DNA of 64,000 nt from Segatella copri (GTDB lineage: Bacteria > Bacteroidota > Bacteroidia > Bacteroidales > Bacteroidaceae): NCBI GenBank assembly GCA_021622245.1, contig JAJVTK010000019.1:2983-66982 (forward strand), written 5' to 3'. Below are positions 8,028 through 17,555 of the stretch, piece by piece. The notes below the pieces were generated by a model. That model saw nothing but the letters and a program-made list of their open reading frames with translations. It ran no database searches and was not told where the DNA came from. Both the position numbers and the translations under genes were made by a program. Numbering within the stretch: position 1 is the stretch's first letter; every line of letters starts with the position of its first letter.

Positions 8028-11000
8028 TATCTTATTTTTTCCATCACCAAATCTGCGAGCACGATGGCGGATTCCTTCTCATCCCTCGGTGCATCCTTTG
8101 ACTTCCATGCCACGATGAAGCGGATTCGGGCAGCAGTTACCTTGTAGCCTTTCAACTCCCATTTGCCTAGTTTCTCTTTCATCTTGATGGAGAGCTGGGC
8201 TATGTCTCTGCCTGTTGATGGGAGACAGAGGCAATGGTCGTGGTAGGTTAAGGGCATACCACTTCTCAGGCAAAGAATAGCGTCCTTGTGAGGCTTGGAG
8301 AAGCCCAGGTTTACATCCTTGTGTGAAAGCTGGAGCACTATTTCGTTGGGCTCATCGTAGGCTTGGGCATCATAGAGATGCTGGGCACTTTTCAGACTGT
8401 CGAAGAGATTGCCGTTGGTGTGGATGGTTAGTGTACGCTTGGCACGGGTCATACCCACATAGTATCGGCGCAGTATGTCATCGGTAGGATGTTCGGGATG
8501 GGTAATGAGCATCAGTACATGGTCGAACTCATGGCCTTTTGCCTTGTGGATGGTGCTGACCACGATGTCTGATTTCGAGATGTCACAGAAGTCTTCTACT
8601 GATGATTCGAACACGAACTCCCTCAGGTCGCTGTAGTACTTGGCACGATTGGTCTGCTCAAATATTTGGAGGCTGCGGCGCAGATATGGCAAAGCCTGGC
8701 TGGTGGCATACTTTTGGAATGTCTGCTGCTTGGTTGTTTCCCAAATATCATCAGGGATGATAGGGGATTTCGTCTCCTTGAGGCCTTGGTCTATCTTCTT
8801 CAAAAAGTATCTTACCTCTGCCAGATTCCAGAAGCGCAAGCCGTCCATTGATTGTACCAGCTTGGCCTTGATGCCATGACTGTGAAGAAGAGCCAGCATG
8901 ATGACTGCCTCTTCATTGGTCTGCGTGAGGATACTGATGGTTTCGTTCTTCTTGCGGGAAGATGCATCGGCTTCTTTTGAAGCGTTACTTCCTAGTAATC
9001 GCGTAACATCTTCTAGGATAGGCTGATACATATAAACCTTTTTCTCCTGAATCTCGTATGGATGCTTCACGATTCTTACCTCTCCATCTTCTTGACTCAT
9101 GGAGATGATAGGGGTAGATTTGATTCGCTGACGGATGTTGCGGGCAAAGTCGTTGGCTGCATCCACGATACGGCGAAGACTGCGGTAATTCTCTGTCATC
9201 TCGATGAAACGGCTGTGCTCTGTCTGGGTCAGTTCATAGAGATACCGCGAGTTGGAACCTCTAAACTCATAGATGTTCTGGTCATCATCGCCTACGGCAA
9301 TCACCCTCATCTCTTCGTTGGCTTTCATCAGAGCAGAGACAAGGGCGTAGTCATCCTTGCTCATGTCTTGCGCCTCGTCGATAACGAGCACGGTCTTGCT
9401 GATGCGATTGGGCTCCACTTCTCCATTGTTGATCATTTCGGCGGCTTGCTTAACCACATCTCCAGCCTCATCCAGATTGCCAACCCTGCCCAGCAGGTCG
9501 AAGCAGTAAGAATGGAAGGTCTTAATTTCTACGAAATGGGCGGCATTGCCGATGAGTTGCATCAGTCGCTGCTTGAATTCGGTAGCGGCTGCACGCGAGA
9601 AAGTGAGCATCAGGAGTTGTTCGTGCTTTACATCTTCCAACAGCAGGAGAGAGGCAAGCTTATGTACGAGCACACGTGTCTTGCCGCTGCCAGGACCGGC
9701 AGCGACTACGATGCAGCGGGACGCGTGGTCGTCGATGATTTCCTTCTGTCGCTTGGAGAGCATTCCGAAGAGTTTCTTATACTTCGAAGGTGTTACGTTG
9801 CGCTCTATCTCAGTCTCCCGGTTGCCCTTGAAGTACTTTGAGATGAAGCAATGGTAGTCCATCTGGAAGTAATCCTGCACATATTGCAGGGCGGCATCGT
9901 AATCCCTTACCATCAGGTTGGCATATTCGCCCACGATGTGAATCTGCTGAATCTTCTGCTTGTAGAATTCATTGAGCATGCGGTAATCCTCCTGCTTATA
10001 GTGGAGGCGAGGTTCCTTGATGCGTTTAATTGCCATTGCATTGTAAAGCACCAGGAATCCTCCTTCCAGCTTCATGGCTCCTATCTTGGAGAGATAGAGC
10101 AAGGCTTCCTCCACGTCTTCCAACTGCAGGGAAGAGAAGTCGGAGAAGAGTGACTGGTTGCTGGATTTCAGATCGTTCAGAAGTTCGACTACCGAGAATT
10201 GAAGAGGCTTCTCTTTTGAATCTACAGAAGAGCTATTGTTGCTCTCTTCTGTTATAGTTTTACTGTTTTCTTCAGCCAGGCTGTATAGTCTTTCGATGAT
10301 GAATCGGCAAACCTCAATTCGTCTTTCGAATCGCTTGATGATGGTCTCTATATCCTTGTCTCTTGTTACGATGAGATTGCGACCACCATCTTCCTTCTTG
10401 TACGCATATCCCTTCACTGCCAGGAAGTATAGCAGTGTGCGGATTTTCTTTTCTGTAGAAGTGTTGATGCCGTCGTGTACGGCATTATCATTGAGTTGTT
10501 TGTATGTGATATGCAGCGATTCATCCGGGATATGTTCCAGAATGTATCTTTCCAGTTTGGCGAAGTTCTCCAGCATCTGCTGAGGCTTGCGCTGCTTGTC
10601 GCTGATGTCTTGCAGATAGGCAGAGATGTCACGGGTATCGGCAAGGATGCCTTCCTGTCGCATTCGGTCAACGGAGGAGATGACGTCTCGCTTGCTGAGT
10701 CCTAGGATGTCGGCGAGGTAATCGATGCGGGATTCAGCCTCGCTATCCTGTGCCTTGGCTATATGCTTCTGGGTGATGAGCGACTTGATGATGCGGATGG
10801 CATTCTGCATCTCATCTTCCGAGAACAGGGGTGATTCGGTGAGGCGCAGTCTTGCCTCGTCCATGTTCTTGACAGTGATACCTGTGGCATAGACGTGCGG
10901 AATGTTGTTGCCACGTTCTATGTATCCGCTCTGTTCTAGAGCAGAAAGGGCGGTGCGGACACGGGTTTCTATGTCGGATACCGAGTCATCCCAACCGGCT

Positions 11001-13027
11001 TGGCGGGCTATCTCCAGTGCCGAACAACTTACATGTGGGCGCTGCTTGGTAAAATCCTTAATGGCTTTCCATACCTGTTGTATCTCGCTGATGCTCAGTT
11101 TGGTTTGGTTGAGCAGGATGAAGTGCTTGTCCAAGTCCTCGTCGCTATAGAGTACATAGCATTTGGCATTGAGGTGTGGATCTCTTCCTGCACGTCCTGC
11201 CTCCTGTACATAGTTCTCCAAAGAGTCAGAGATGTCGTAGTGGATAACCAGACCCACATCGCTTTTATCTACACCCATACCGAAGGCGGAGGTGGCAACG
11301 ATGATTCTAACCTTATCGCTCATGAAGGCATCCTGATTGTGTATCTTCTCATCGGCATCCATCTTGCCATTATAGGGCAGGGCGGATATGCCGTCACGTG
11401 TCAGTTTTTGGGCGAGTTCCCGGGTTCGCTTGGTGCGGGATACGTAGATGATGGTAGGGCAATCTGCCTGTTCCACCAGCGAGCGCAGTAGATTGTATTT
11501 GTTGCCGTCACTATCTACGTGGATAACGGAATAGTGCAGGTTGGTACGTGAGGCTGATGAGGCGAAGAGCTGGAGGTCGGTACCCAGCCAATGCTTGAAA
11601 TAGTCGCAGATGTCCTGCACCACCTTCTGTTTTGCAGTGGCGGTGAAGCAAGATACGGGTATCAGGGTTTGACCATGATTGCGGGCCATAGCATCTTTGC
11701 CAAACTTACGTTCCTGATATTCCTTGATAAACTTGCCGATGTATAGGTAATCCACACGGAAGTCTTGTCCCCATGCAGAGAAGCAGTGAGCTTCATCAAT
11801 GACGAATCTCACCACATGCCGTGCCATCAGAATGCGCTCGATGGTTTTGGAGCGCAACATCTCTGGTGCTATATATAATAAGGTGGCATCTCCGCTCTGT
11901 ACTCGTTCGATGGCTAGGGAGCGGGAGATAGGGTCGAGGAGACCATTGATGGTTACGGCATCGGTGAAACCACGGTCTGCGAGGTTATCTACCTGGTCTT
12001 TCATCAATGATTGCAGAGGCGAGATAACCACGGTGAGTCCATGTATGGTTCTGCCATCCATCAGGGCTGGCAACTGGAAGGTGAGCGACTTGCCGCCACC
12101 CGTAGGAAATATAGCCAATAATGACTTGCAATCCACTGCTGCCTGCGATGCCTGTTCCTGCAGCGGTTCGCCGTCATAGGTACGGAAGGCATCATAGCCG
12201 AAGAGTTGTTTCAGGTTGTGATGAATGTCGAGCATGCGGTTGCAATACTCGCAGCCATCGGTGCATTGGGTATGGCAGAGCATATAGATGATATGTTCTA
12301 CTTCGGGATAATGGAAGAGTACCCAACCTGGGGTAACAGATTGGTAATCGTCTGTGCCTATGAGGGCCAAGGCGTATGCCAAGCCGCAAGGCGACTGGGC
12401 TGCAAGAGCCGGAATGTCGGCATGGGCGCAAATATGATTCTTATATTCAGAAAGAATGAATTCTGAAACGTCTCTGATTGCATCATCCTTTTCGATGGCT
12501 CCCACATACATCAGAAATCCTCTGAATTCCTCTTCATGTTGGAGCAGCAAGGTGAAGATTTTCCTCTTCCTTTCTGATAATTGATTCCATGCAGCGATTT
12601 CATCCATCAGCAGCTCCTTGGCTTTCTCGCAGTCGTTGACAGGATTGTTCATCTGCTCGCTCATCAGTTTGTCGTCCTTTACCAGATGATGGTAAGGGCG
12701 CTTGGGAAAGAGGAGTGGGGAGAGATAGAGGGTATCTATCAGTATGCCGTTGAGTTGGAGATAGCGGGCATCGTGATGAATGAGGTTATGACCGCAGATA
12801 TAGTCAACCTTTCCTTCTTGCAGGAACTTGTTCAGTGCCGTCTGCGATGCTTGGTGAAAGGTGGCTCCGTCATAACGCAATGCTCCGATGTCGTGTATTT
12901 TATGGTCTTTCAGTCCCACTTCGGTATCTACGAAGGCAATGTTCCTGCTTCTGGCATCTTTCTTCTTGATGTCAGAACTTACGGTGAGATTGTTTTTCCT
13001 TTCAAAGAGGCGACTGAATATTGACAT
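8006..13027 (-). CDS. Fusion of a DEDD-type exonuclease-like domain, a RecQ (SF2) helicase and a UvrD-like (SF1) helicase, 1673 aa
   Basis: FVDTEV…GHN…D…D exonuclease motifs; CxxxCxxxCxxC cluster; RecQ motifs PTGGGKS, DEAHC, ATSAFGMGVDK, QEAGRAGRD; SF1 motifs AGPGSGKT, DEAQD, GDDDQNIY, TIHKAKGHEF, YVGMTRAK. Confidence 0.9.
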   Translation of the reverse strand: MSIFSRLFERKNNLTVSSDIKKKDARSRNIAFVDTEVGLKDHKIHDIGALRYDGATFHQASQTALNKFLQEGKVDYICGHNLIHHDARYLQLNGILIDTLYLSPLLFPKRPYHHLVKDDKLMSEQMNNPVNDCEKAKELLMDEIAAWNQLSERKRKIFTLLLQHEEEFRGFLMYVGAIEKDDAIRDVSEFILSEYKNHICAHADIPALAAQSPCGLAYALALIGTDDYQSVTPGWVLFHYPEVEHIIYMLCHTQCTDGCEYCNRMLDIHHNLKQLFGYDAFRTYDGEPLQEQASQAAVDCKSLLAIFPTGGGKSLTFQLPALMDGRTIHGLTVVISPLQSLMKDQVDNLADRGFTDAVTINGLLDPISRSLAIERVQSGDATLLYIAPEMLRSKTIERILMARHVVRFVIDEAHCFSAWGQDFRVDYLYIGKFIKEYQERKFGKDAMARNHGQTLIPVSCFTATAKQKVVQDICDYFKHWLGTDLQLFASSASRTNLHYSVIHVDSDGNKYNLLRSLVEQADCPTIIYVSRTKRTRELAQKLTRDGISALPYNGKMDADEKIHNQDAFMSDKVRIIVATSAFGMGVDKSDVGLVIHYDISDSLENYVQEAGRAGRDPHLNAKCYVLYSDEDLDKHFILLNQTKLSISEIQQVWKAIKDFTKQRPHVSCSALEIARQAGWDDSVSDIETRVRTALSALEQSGYIERGNNIPHVYATGITVKNMDEARLRLTESPLFSEDEMQNAIRIIKSLITQKHIAKAQDSEAESRIDYLADILGLSKRDVISSVDRMRQEGILADTRDISAYLQDISDKQRKPQQMLENFAKLERYILEHIPDESLHITYKQLNDNAVHDGINTSTEKKIRTLLYFLAVKGYAYKKEDGGRNLIVTRDKDIETIIKRFERRIEVCRFIIERLYSLAEENSKTITEESNNSSSVDSKEKPLQFSVVELLNDLKSSNQSLFSDFSSLQLEDVEEALLYLSKIGAMKLEGGFLVLYNAMAIKRIKEPRLHYKQEDYRMLNEFYKQKIQQIHIVGEYANLMVRDYDAALQYVQDYFQMDYHCFISKYFKGNRETEIERNVTPSKYKKLFGMLSKRQKEIIDDHASRCIVVAAGPGSGKTRVLVHKLASLLLLEDVKHEQLLMLTFSRAAATEFKQRLMQLIGNAAHFVEIKTFHSYCFDLLGRVGNLDEAGDVVKQAAEMINNGEVEPNRISKTVLVIDEAQDMSKDDYALVSALMKANEEMRVIAVGDDDQNIYEFRGSNSRYLYELTQTEHSRFIEMTENYRSLRRIVDAANDFARNIRQRIKSTPIISMSQEDGEVRIVKHPYEIQEKKVYMYQPILEDVTRLLGSNASKEADASSRKKNETISILTQTNEEAVIMLALLHSHGIKAKLVQSMDGLRFWNLAEVRYFLKKIDQGLKETKSPIIPDDIWETTKQQTFQKYATSQALPYLRRSLQIFEQTNRAKYYSDLREFVFESSVEDFCDISKSDIVVSTIHKAKGHEFDHVLMLITHPEHPTDDILRRYYVGMTRAKRTLTIHTNGNLFDSLKSAQHLYDAQAYDEPNEIVLQLSHKDVNLGFSKPHKDAILCLRSGMPLTYHDHCLCLPSTGRDIAQLSIKMKEKLGKWELKGYKVTAARIRFIVAWKSKDAPRDEKESAIVLADLVMEKIRYTQKCNS

Positions 13028-13128
13028 AATAAACTTTTCTTTTTTGCTTTTTAGATGTATCAGAAAGCTGTCTTATCTATGCATAGACCATACCTTCCTC
13101 TATGATGTCGCAGACAGATATTTTTATC

Positions 13129-14694
13129 TTATGCTTTTTCGATTATCCAATTTTCGATATTCCCAGTTTTACTGTCGAAGTTGATGCCGACCTTGGTCAT
13201 TGGCTTGCCGCTTAGCGCAAATCGTTTGTGATAGTTCTTCAGGTTGATTTGCTGCATTGCAGACTTCGCACTCCTGTCCAACTTAATCTCCAACAGGAAA
13301 AGGTCTGTATGGGTGAGCAATACGATGTCAACTCTGCCGTTGGGTGTATGAACTTCAACGTCCACCTGATAGTCTGTAAGCAGAGAGAATATGATGAAGA
13401 GCATCTGCTGGTAATGTCCCTCATAATGAGCGTTGTTGCAGTAAGGAACAGTTCCCAGGAATGTTTGGAGTAAGGTTAATGCCTCCTCCATATTCTGCTT
13501 ATCCAATGCCTGTGCGATACGACGGGCTGTATTGGTTGTTGCAAGCGTATTCTGTGTGACGTATGATGGAATCAGTGCCTTGGTCAGTCCCATTTTCACC
13601 TCCTTGTTAGGAACATCAAGAACGTAATAGTTGTAGTCTTCATGATATTCCTTGATGGTGATATATCCACTTTGGTAAAGCAGCGGCATGATGGTTGGCA
13701 TATTCTCCGTAGGAGCATCAAACTCACTGGCATCAGCCTCCACTCGTGTGATGATGTCTGTAGGAACTACTTGATATTTGCGCATCATATTGATGAGATA
13801 AGTTGGAGTGCCGGAAGTAAACCAATAGGATCCGAACTTGTTTTCTGCAAAGCAATTCAGCAGGCTATATGGATTGAAGATATCGGGTGAGAATCTTGTA
13901 AAATGATAGCCGTCATAATTCTCTTTTAACTTGTCGATGACTTGTTCTTTCGTTATGTTTCTTCTTCGGGCAAGTTCGTCAATATCTTCCGACATCTGCA
14001 TCAGAAGTTCTTCTTTGGTGATGCCACAGATACCAGCATAATCATCATTCATGGATATGTTGGTGATGTTGTTCAGTTCGCTGAAGATGCTGACTTGCGA
14101 GAACCTGGTGATGCCCGTCAGGAAGACAAAGCGCAGTTTAGCTTCGCTGTATTTCAAAGGACTGAAGAAGTTGCGCATGATATTGCGTAAGGTATCCAAT
14201 TGTTCTTTCTCGTGAGCCACATCCAGCATGGGTGCATCATATTCATCAATAAGTACGACTACCTGTTTTCCGGATTTCTCGTATGCAGTATTGATCAGTT
14301 CTGTCAATCGGTTATTGGCATCAATTTGTGGCTGTGTGATACCCCATATCTTCTCTTCTGTTTCCAGAATGAATGCGAGATATCTCTCCAGCTGTTCTTT
14401 ATTCATGTGTTTGCCTCCGCTCAAATCAAAGTGGAGCACAGGATATTCAGTCCACTCCTTTTCCAGCTTTTCGATGGCAAGACCATTGAATAAGTCTTTC
14501 TTGCCTTCAAAGTAACTCTGGAGGGTGGTGAGAAACAGGGATTTTCCAAAGCGGCGTGGACGTCCCAAGAAGAAATAGGTACCGCTGGTGTGAGTCAGGC
14601 GGTAAACGTATTCCGTCTTGTCGATATAGAGCTTGTTTTCCTTGCGGATTCGCTCGAAAGTCTGTATGCCTAATGGATATAACTTAAGTGCCAT
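13129..14694 (-). CDS. AAA-ATPase-like / PD-(D/E)XK nuclease protein (Bacteroidales multicopy family)
   Basis: YPLGIQTFE.IR, YIDKT, RPRRFGKSL Walker A, LIDEYD Walker B, and C-terminal GRVDI…LLEIK nuclease motif. Confidence 0.9.
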   Translation of the reverse strand: MALKLYPLGIQTFERIRKENKLYIDKTEYVYRLTHTSGTYFFLGRPRRFGKSLFLTTLQSYFEGKKDLFNGLAIEKLEKEWTEYPVLHFDLSGGKHMNKEQLERYLAFILETEEKIWGITQPQIDANNRLTELINTAYEKSGKQVVVLIDEYDAPMLDVAHEKEQLDTLRNIMRNFFSPLKYSEAKLRFVFLTGITRFSQVSIFSELNNITNISMNDDYAGICGITKEELLMQMSEDIDELARRRNITKEQVIDKLKENYDGYHFTRFSPDIFNPYSLLNCFAENKFGSYWFTSGTPTYLINMMRKYQVVPTDIITRVEADASEFDAPTENMPTIMPLLYQSGYITIKEYHEDYNYYVLDVPNKEVKMGLTKALIPSYVTQNTLATTNTARRIAQALDKQNMEEALTLLQTFLGTVPYCNNAHYEGHYQQMLFIIFSLLTDYQVDVEVHTPNGRVDIVLLTHTDLFLLEIKLDRSAKSAMQQINLKNYHKRFALSGKPMTKVGINFDSKTGNIENWIIEKA

Positions 14695-14788
14695 AATCTT
14701 CGATGTTTATATTTCCACCGCAAATATACAATTAATATTTGATATATGCAAATAATCAAGCGCTTTTATGTTCTTTAACAATTTTTCG

Positions 14789-14819
14789 TGCAGTATTCAT
14801 GCTGGTTTCATATCTATAT
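14789..14819 (+). promoter_or_regulatory. Putative ECF promoter TGCAG-N17-TATCTATAT (autoregulatory)
   Basis: Same bipartite motif and spacing as at 16584-16614; lies about 30 bp before the sigma ATG. Confidence 0.65.
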
Positions 14820-14848
14820 ATAGATAAATTGTGCAAAATAATATACTC

Positions 14849-16567
14849 ATGGATTCAAATATACAAACTTTAGTATTTAAAGCAAAACAAGGAGATAATA
14901 GTGCTTTCAGCACATTGTATCAGATATATTATCCTAAAATGAAAGGTATATGTATCAATATTCTTAAAGAGGACAAGGATGTCATTGATGACCTTGTCCA
15001 AGATGCATTTATACTAGCGCTTGTATCTTTGAAAGATTTGAAGAATCCTAACAGATTCGGTCAATGGCTTACAAGTATAACTTCTAATCTTGCATTAAAA
15101 TACAAAGAAAAGGGTAATACATTTAGATATATTTCTTTATCAGACATAGATGAAAGTGTTATTGACAGCTGTGATGATTGTAGAAATACAGTATCTTCTA
15201 TCCAATACGAGGATATTATGGCTGAAATTGATAAATTACCAGTTGGATACAAAAAGGTATTCAAGCTTTCTGTGCTAGATGGTTTGTCTCATCAGGAAAT
15301 TGCAAAGTTGCTTGATATAGCTCCACACAGTTCTTCTTCGCAATTAGCGAGAGCTAAGGCTTTGTTGAGAAACAAATTGAGCCAGAGAACAATACTAATT
15401 ATGGTATTGGTTCTCATAATTATTCCTGTATATAAGCAACTTATAACCCAAAAACAGCTTATTTCAGAAAATGATACCAATATAACACGCAGACGTAAAA
15501 TAAAAGGTCAAGTTAGTCCAGCATTAAAGAACGATGTTGACTCTACAAACTGTACCCCAAAGCAGAATCCATGTACTCATTATCACAAGATACTAACCGT
15601 AGAGACTATAGCAGCAATGCGTGATGACACAACGGAAATAAAACATAATATAATTGCAAATATAACAGATACATTGCAAGATGAAAAGCAGTTTGCTGTA
15701 AATAGAACTGATAGTATCTTGGTAAAAGATACTATCATCGCCCCTAATCTCTATAAGGAATCATGGACTACAGAAAATCTTGAGGTTCACAAAAGGAATA
15801 AGTGGCAATTACTGGCTGCAGGTTCTTTGGGTACGACTCTTGTACAGAGTGTATGTAAGTTTATGAAAAGTAACGATATTACTAGTGATTTGCCTTCTGG
15901 TCCGGACCAGCCAACAGACCCAACCAACCCTTCTGGGAAGTATTTCACGACATGGGAAGACTATGCAAAAGAGCTACATCGTATATCCCAGGCAGACCCT
16001 ACTACAGAAAATGTAGCCATGGCAGATATTGCAGACCACAATAGTGGAGAAATAGTAGAAGTAGAACATCATGACAAGCCAATAACATTGAGCATTGCTG
16101 CAAATAAAAACATAGGTAAAAGATGGAGTTTAGAGACAGGACTTCAATATTCTTATCTGAAATCATATCTCATTCTTGGTACTGGCAGCTATCGTGTTGA
16201 TAAGGAACAAAAGCTCCACTATCTTGGTGTTCCTTTCAAACTGTCTTATCAATTTATGAAGTTCAAGAGATTGTCAACTTATGGTTCTGTAGGCACAGGT
16301 ATTCTGATTCCTATATATGGAAAAACTGATGCAGATTATATCGTTGGAGATAAGTCTGCATACAGAACAGATTGGAAACTGACGCTCCCGATACAGTGGT
16401 CTGTAAATACAAATATCGGAATTCAATATCAGTTTGCACCAAATCTGAATCTGTTTATAGAACCAACCATGAATTGGTACATTCCGAATGGTAGCTGTAT
16501 TAAGAATGCTTGGACAGAACGTCCATTCACATTTACCGTTCCGTTTGGAATAAGGTTCTCTTGGTAA
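14849..16567 (+). CDS. ECF sigma factor fused to a TM helix, periplasmic linker and outer-membrane beta-barrel
   Basis: Sigma region 2 (GDNSAFSTLY…DDLVQDAF…FGQWL) and region 4 (LPVGYKKVF.L…GLSHQEIA..L.I…SSSSQLARAK), hydrophobic TILIMVLVLIIIPVY, amphipathic strands (WSLETGLQYS, YLGVPFKLSY, NIGIQYQF) and terminal GIRFSW. Single frame. Alternative start GTG 14831. Confidence 0.85.
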   Translation: MDSNIQTLVFKAKQGDNSAFSTLYQIYYPKMKGICINILKEDKDVIDDLVQDAFILALVSLKDLKNPNRFGQWLTSITSNLALKYKEKGNTFRYISLSDIDESVIDSCDDCRNTVSSIQYEDIMAEIDKLPVGYKKVFKLSVLDGLSHQEIAKLLDIAPHSSSSQLARAKALLRNKLSQRTILIMVLVLIIIPVYKQLITQKQLISENDTNITRRRKIKGQVSPALKNDVDSTNCTPKQNPCTHYHKILTVETIAAMRDDTTEIKHNIIANITDTLQDEKQFAVNRTDSILVKDTIIAPNLYKESWTTENLEVHKRNKWQLLAAGSLGTTLVQSVCKFMKSNDITSDLPSGPDQPTDPTNPSGKYFTTWEDYAKELHRISQADPTTENVAMADIADHNSGEIVEVEHHDKPITLSIAANKNIGKRWSLETGLQYSYLKSYLILGTGSYRVDKEQKLHYLGVPFKLSYQFMKFKRLSTYGSVGTGILIPIYGKTDADYIVGDKSAYRTDWKLTLPIQWSVNTNIGIQYQFAPNLNLFIEPTMNWYIPNGSCIKNAWTERPFTFTVPFGIRFSW

Positions 16568-16583
16568 AAAGTCTCTTTTCGCA

Positions 16584-16614
16584 TGCAGTCTTTTTGGCAA
16601 ATTTGTATCTATAT
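16584..16614 (+). promoter_or_regulatory. Putative ECF promoter TGCAG-N17-TATCTATAT
   Basis: Both boxes and the 17-nt spacing match 14789-14819; lies 28 bp before ATG 16642. Confidence 0.65.
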
Positions 16615-16641
16615 GATAAAAGGTCAAAACATTATATAGAT

Positions 16642-17436
16642 ATGCAGAAAAGACATACAGATAGAAAGATGTACTTCCATGACTTGGAAATTACCTCTAA
16701 AGAGTTTTACGTCAGCTACTTATCAACTTTCAAAAAGTTGACTTCGAAAAGTAGAGTATTAGAGGTGGGTTGTGGCGAAGGAGGCAATTTAGTCCCCTTT
16801 GCCCAACTTGGCTGTAGAGTTACAGGAATAGACATAGCAGAATGCAGAATAATAGATGCGAAAGCATACTTTTCGGAAATCTGCGAAAATGCCACATTCG
16901 TGTGTTGCGACTTTATGAAATACCATGCGCCAATCAATGAAGAGGAAAAGTTTGACGTGATACTATTACATGATGTAATAGAACATGTTCCAGCGAAAGG
17001 AAAATTTCTGTTACACCTCAAAAGTTTTCTAAAGTCAACAGGCGTTCTCTTTGTCGGATTCCCTGCATGGCAGATGCCGTTTGGTGGACATCAACAGATT
17101 TGCCGAAGCAAACTCTGTTCGCACTTTCCATTCATACATTTGCTACCAAACTCTATGTATAATTCATTATTGAAACTATGCAAAGAGGAAGAGGGTACTA
17201 TAAGCGAGCTGATGAGCATAAAAGAGTGCAGGACAAGTATAGAGTTATTTGAAAAATTGATAAAAAGATGTGAATTCTCTGTTGTTGACAAGAAGTTTTG
17301 GTTTATCAATCCTCATTATAAGCAGAAGTTCCAGCTTACTCCATCGCTGTTGCCTCGTTTTGTTTGGAAAATTAAGTATGCAAGAAATTTCTTCACTACT
17401 TCTTGTTGGTACATATTGAATTTGAGCAATACGTAA
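16642..17436 (+). CDS. Class I SAM-dependent methyltransferase
   Basis: VLEVGCGEGG motif I, VTGIDI, FDVILLHDVIEHV. ATG 16642 follows the promoter motif. Confidence 0.9.
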   Translation: MQKRHTDRKMYFHDLEITSKEFYVSYLSTFKKLTSKSRVLEVGCGEGGNLVPFAQLGCRVTGIDIAECRIIDAKAYFSEICENATFVCCDFMKYHAPINEEEKFDVILLHDVIEHVPAKGKFLLHLKSFLKSTGVLFVGFPAWQMPFGGHQQICRSKLCSHFPFIHLLPNSMYNSLLKLCKEEEGTISELMSIKECRTSIELFEKLIKRCEFSVVDKKFWFINPHYKQKFQLTPSLLPRFVWKIKYARNFFTTSCWYILNLSNT

Positions 17437-17492
17437 AAGTAATACTCTCTTGTAGAGTGATAGAATATAAAAAAGTAAAAAGAGAAATCTCA

Positions 17493-17523
17493 TGCAAGTT
17501 TTGAAAACGAGTTGCGTTTATTA
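17493..17523 (+). promoter_or_regulatory. Variant ECF promoter TGCAA-N17-CGTTTATTA
   Basis: Same spacing and position relative to ATG 17556 as the two TGCAG-N17-TATCTAT motifs. Confidence 0.45.
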
Positions 17524-17555
17524 ATTAGTTATAACCCTTTAATATAAAGAAGCGT

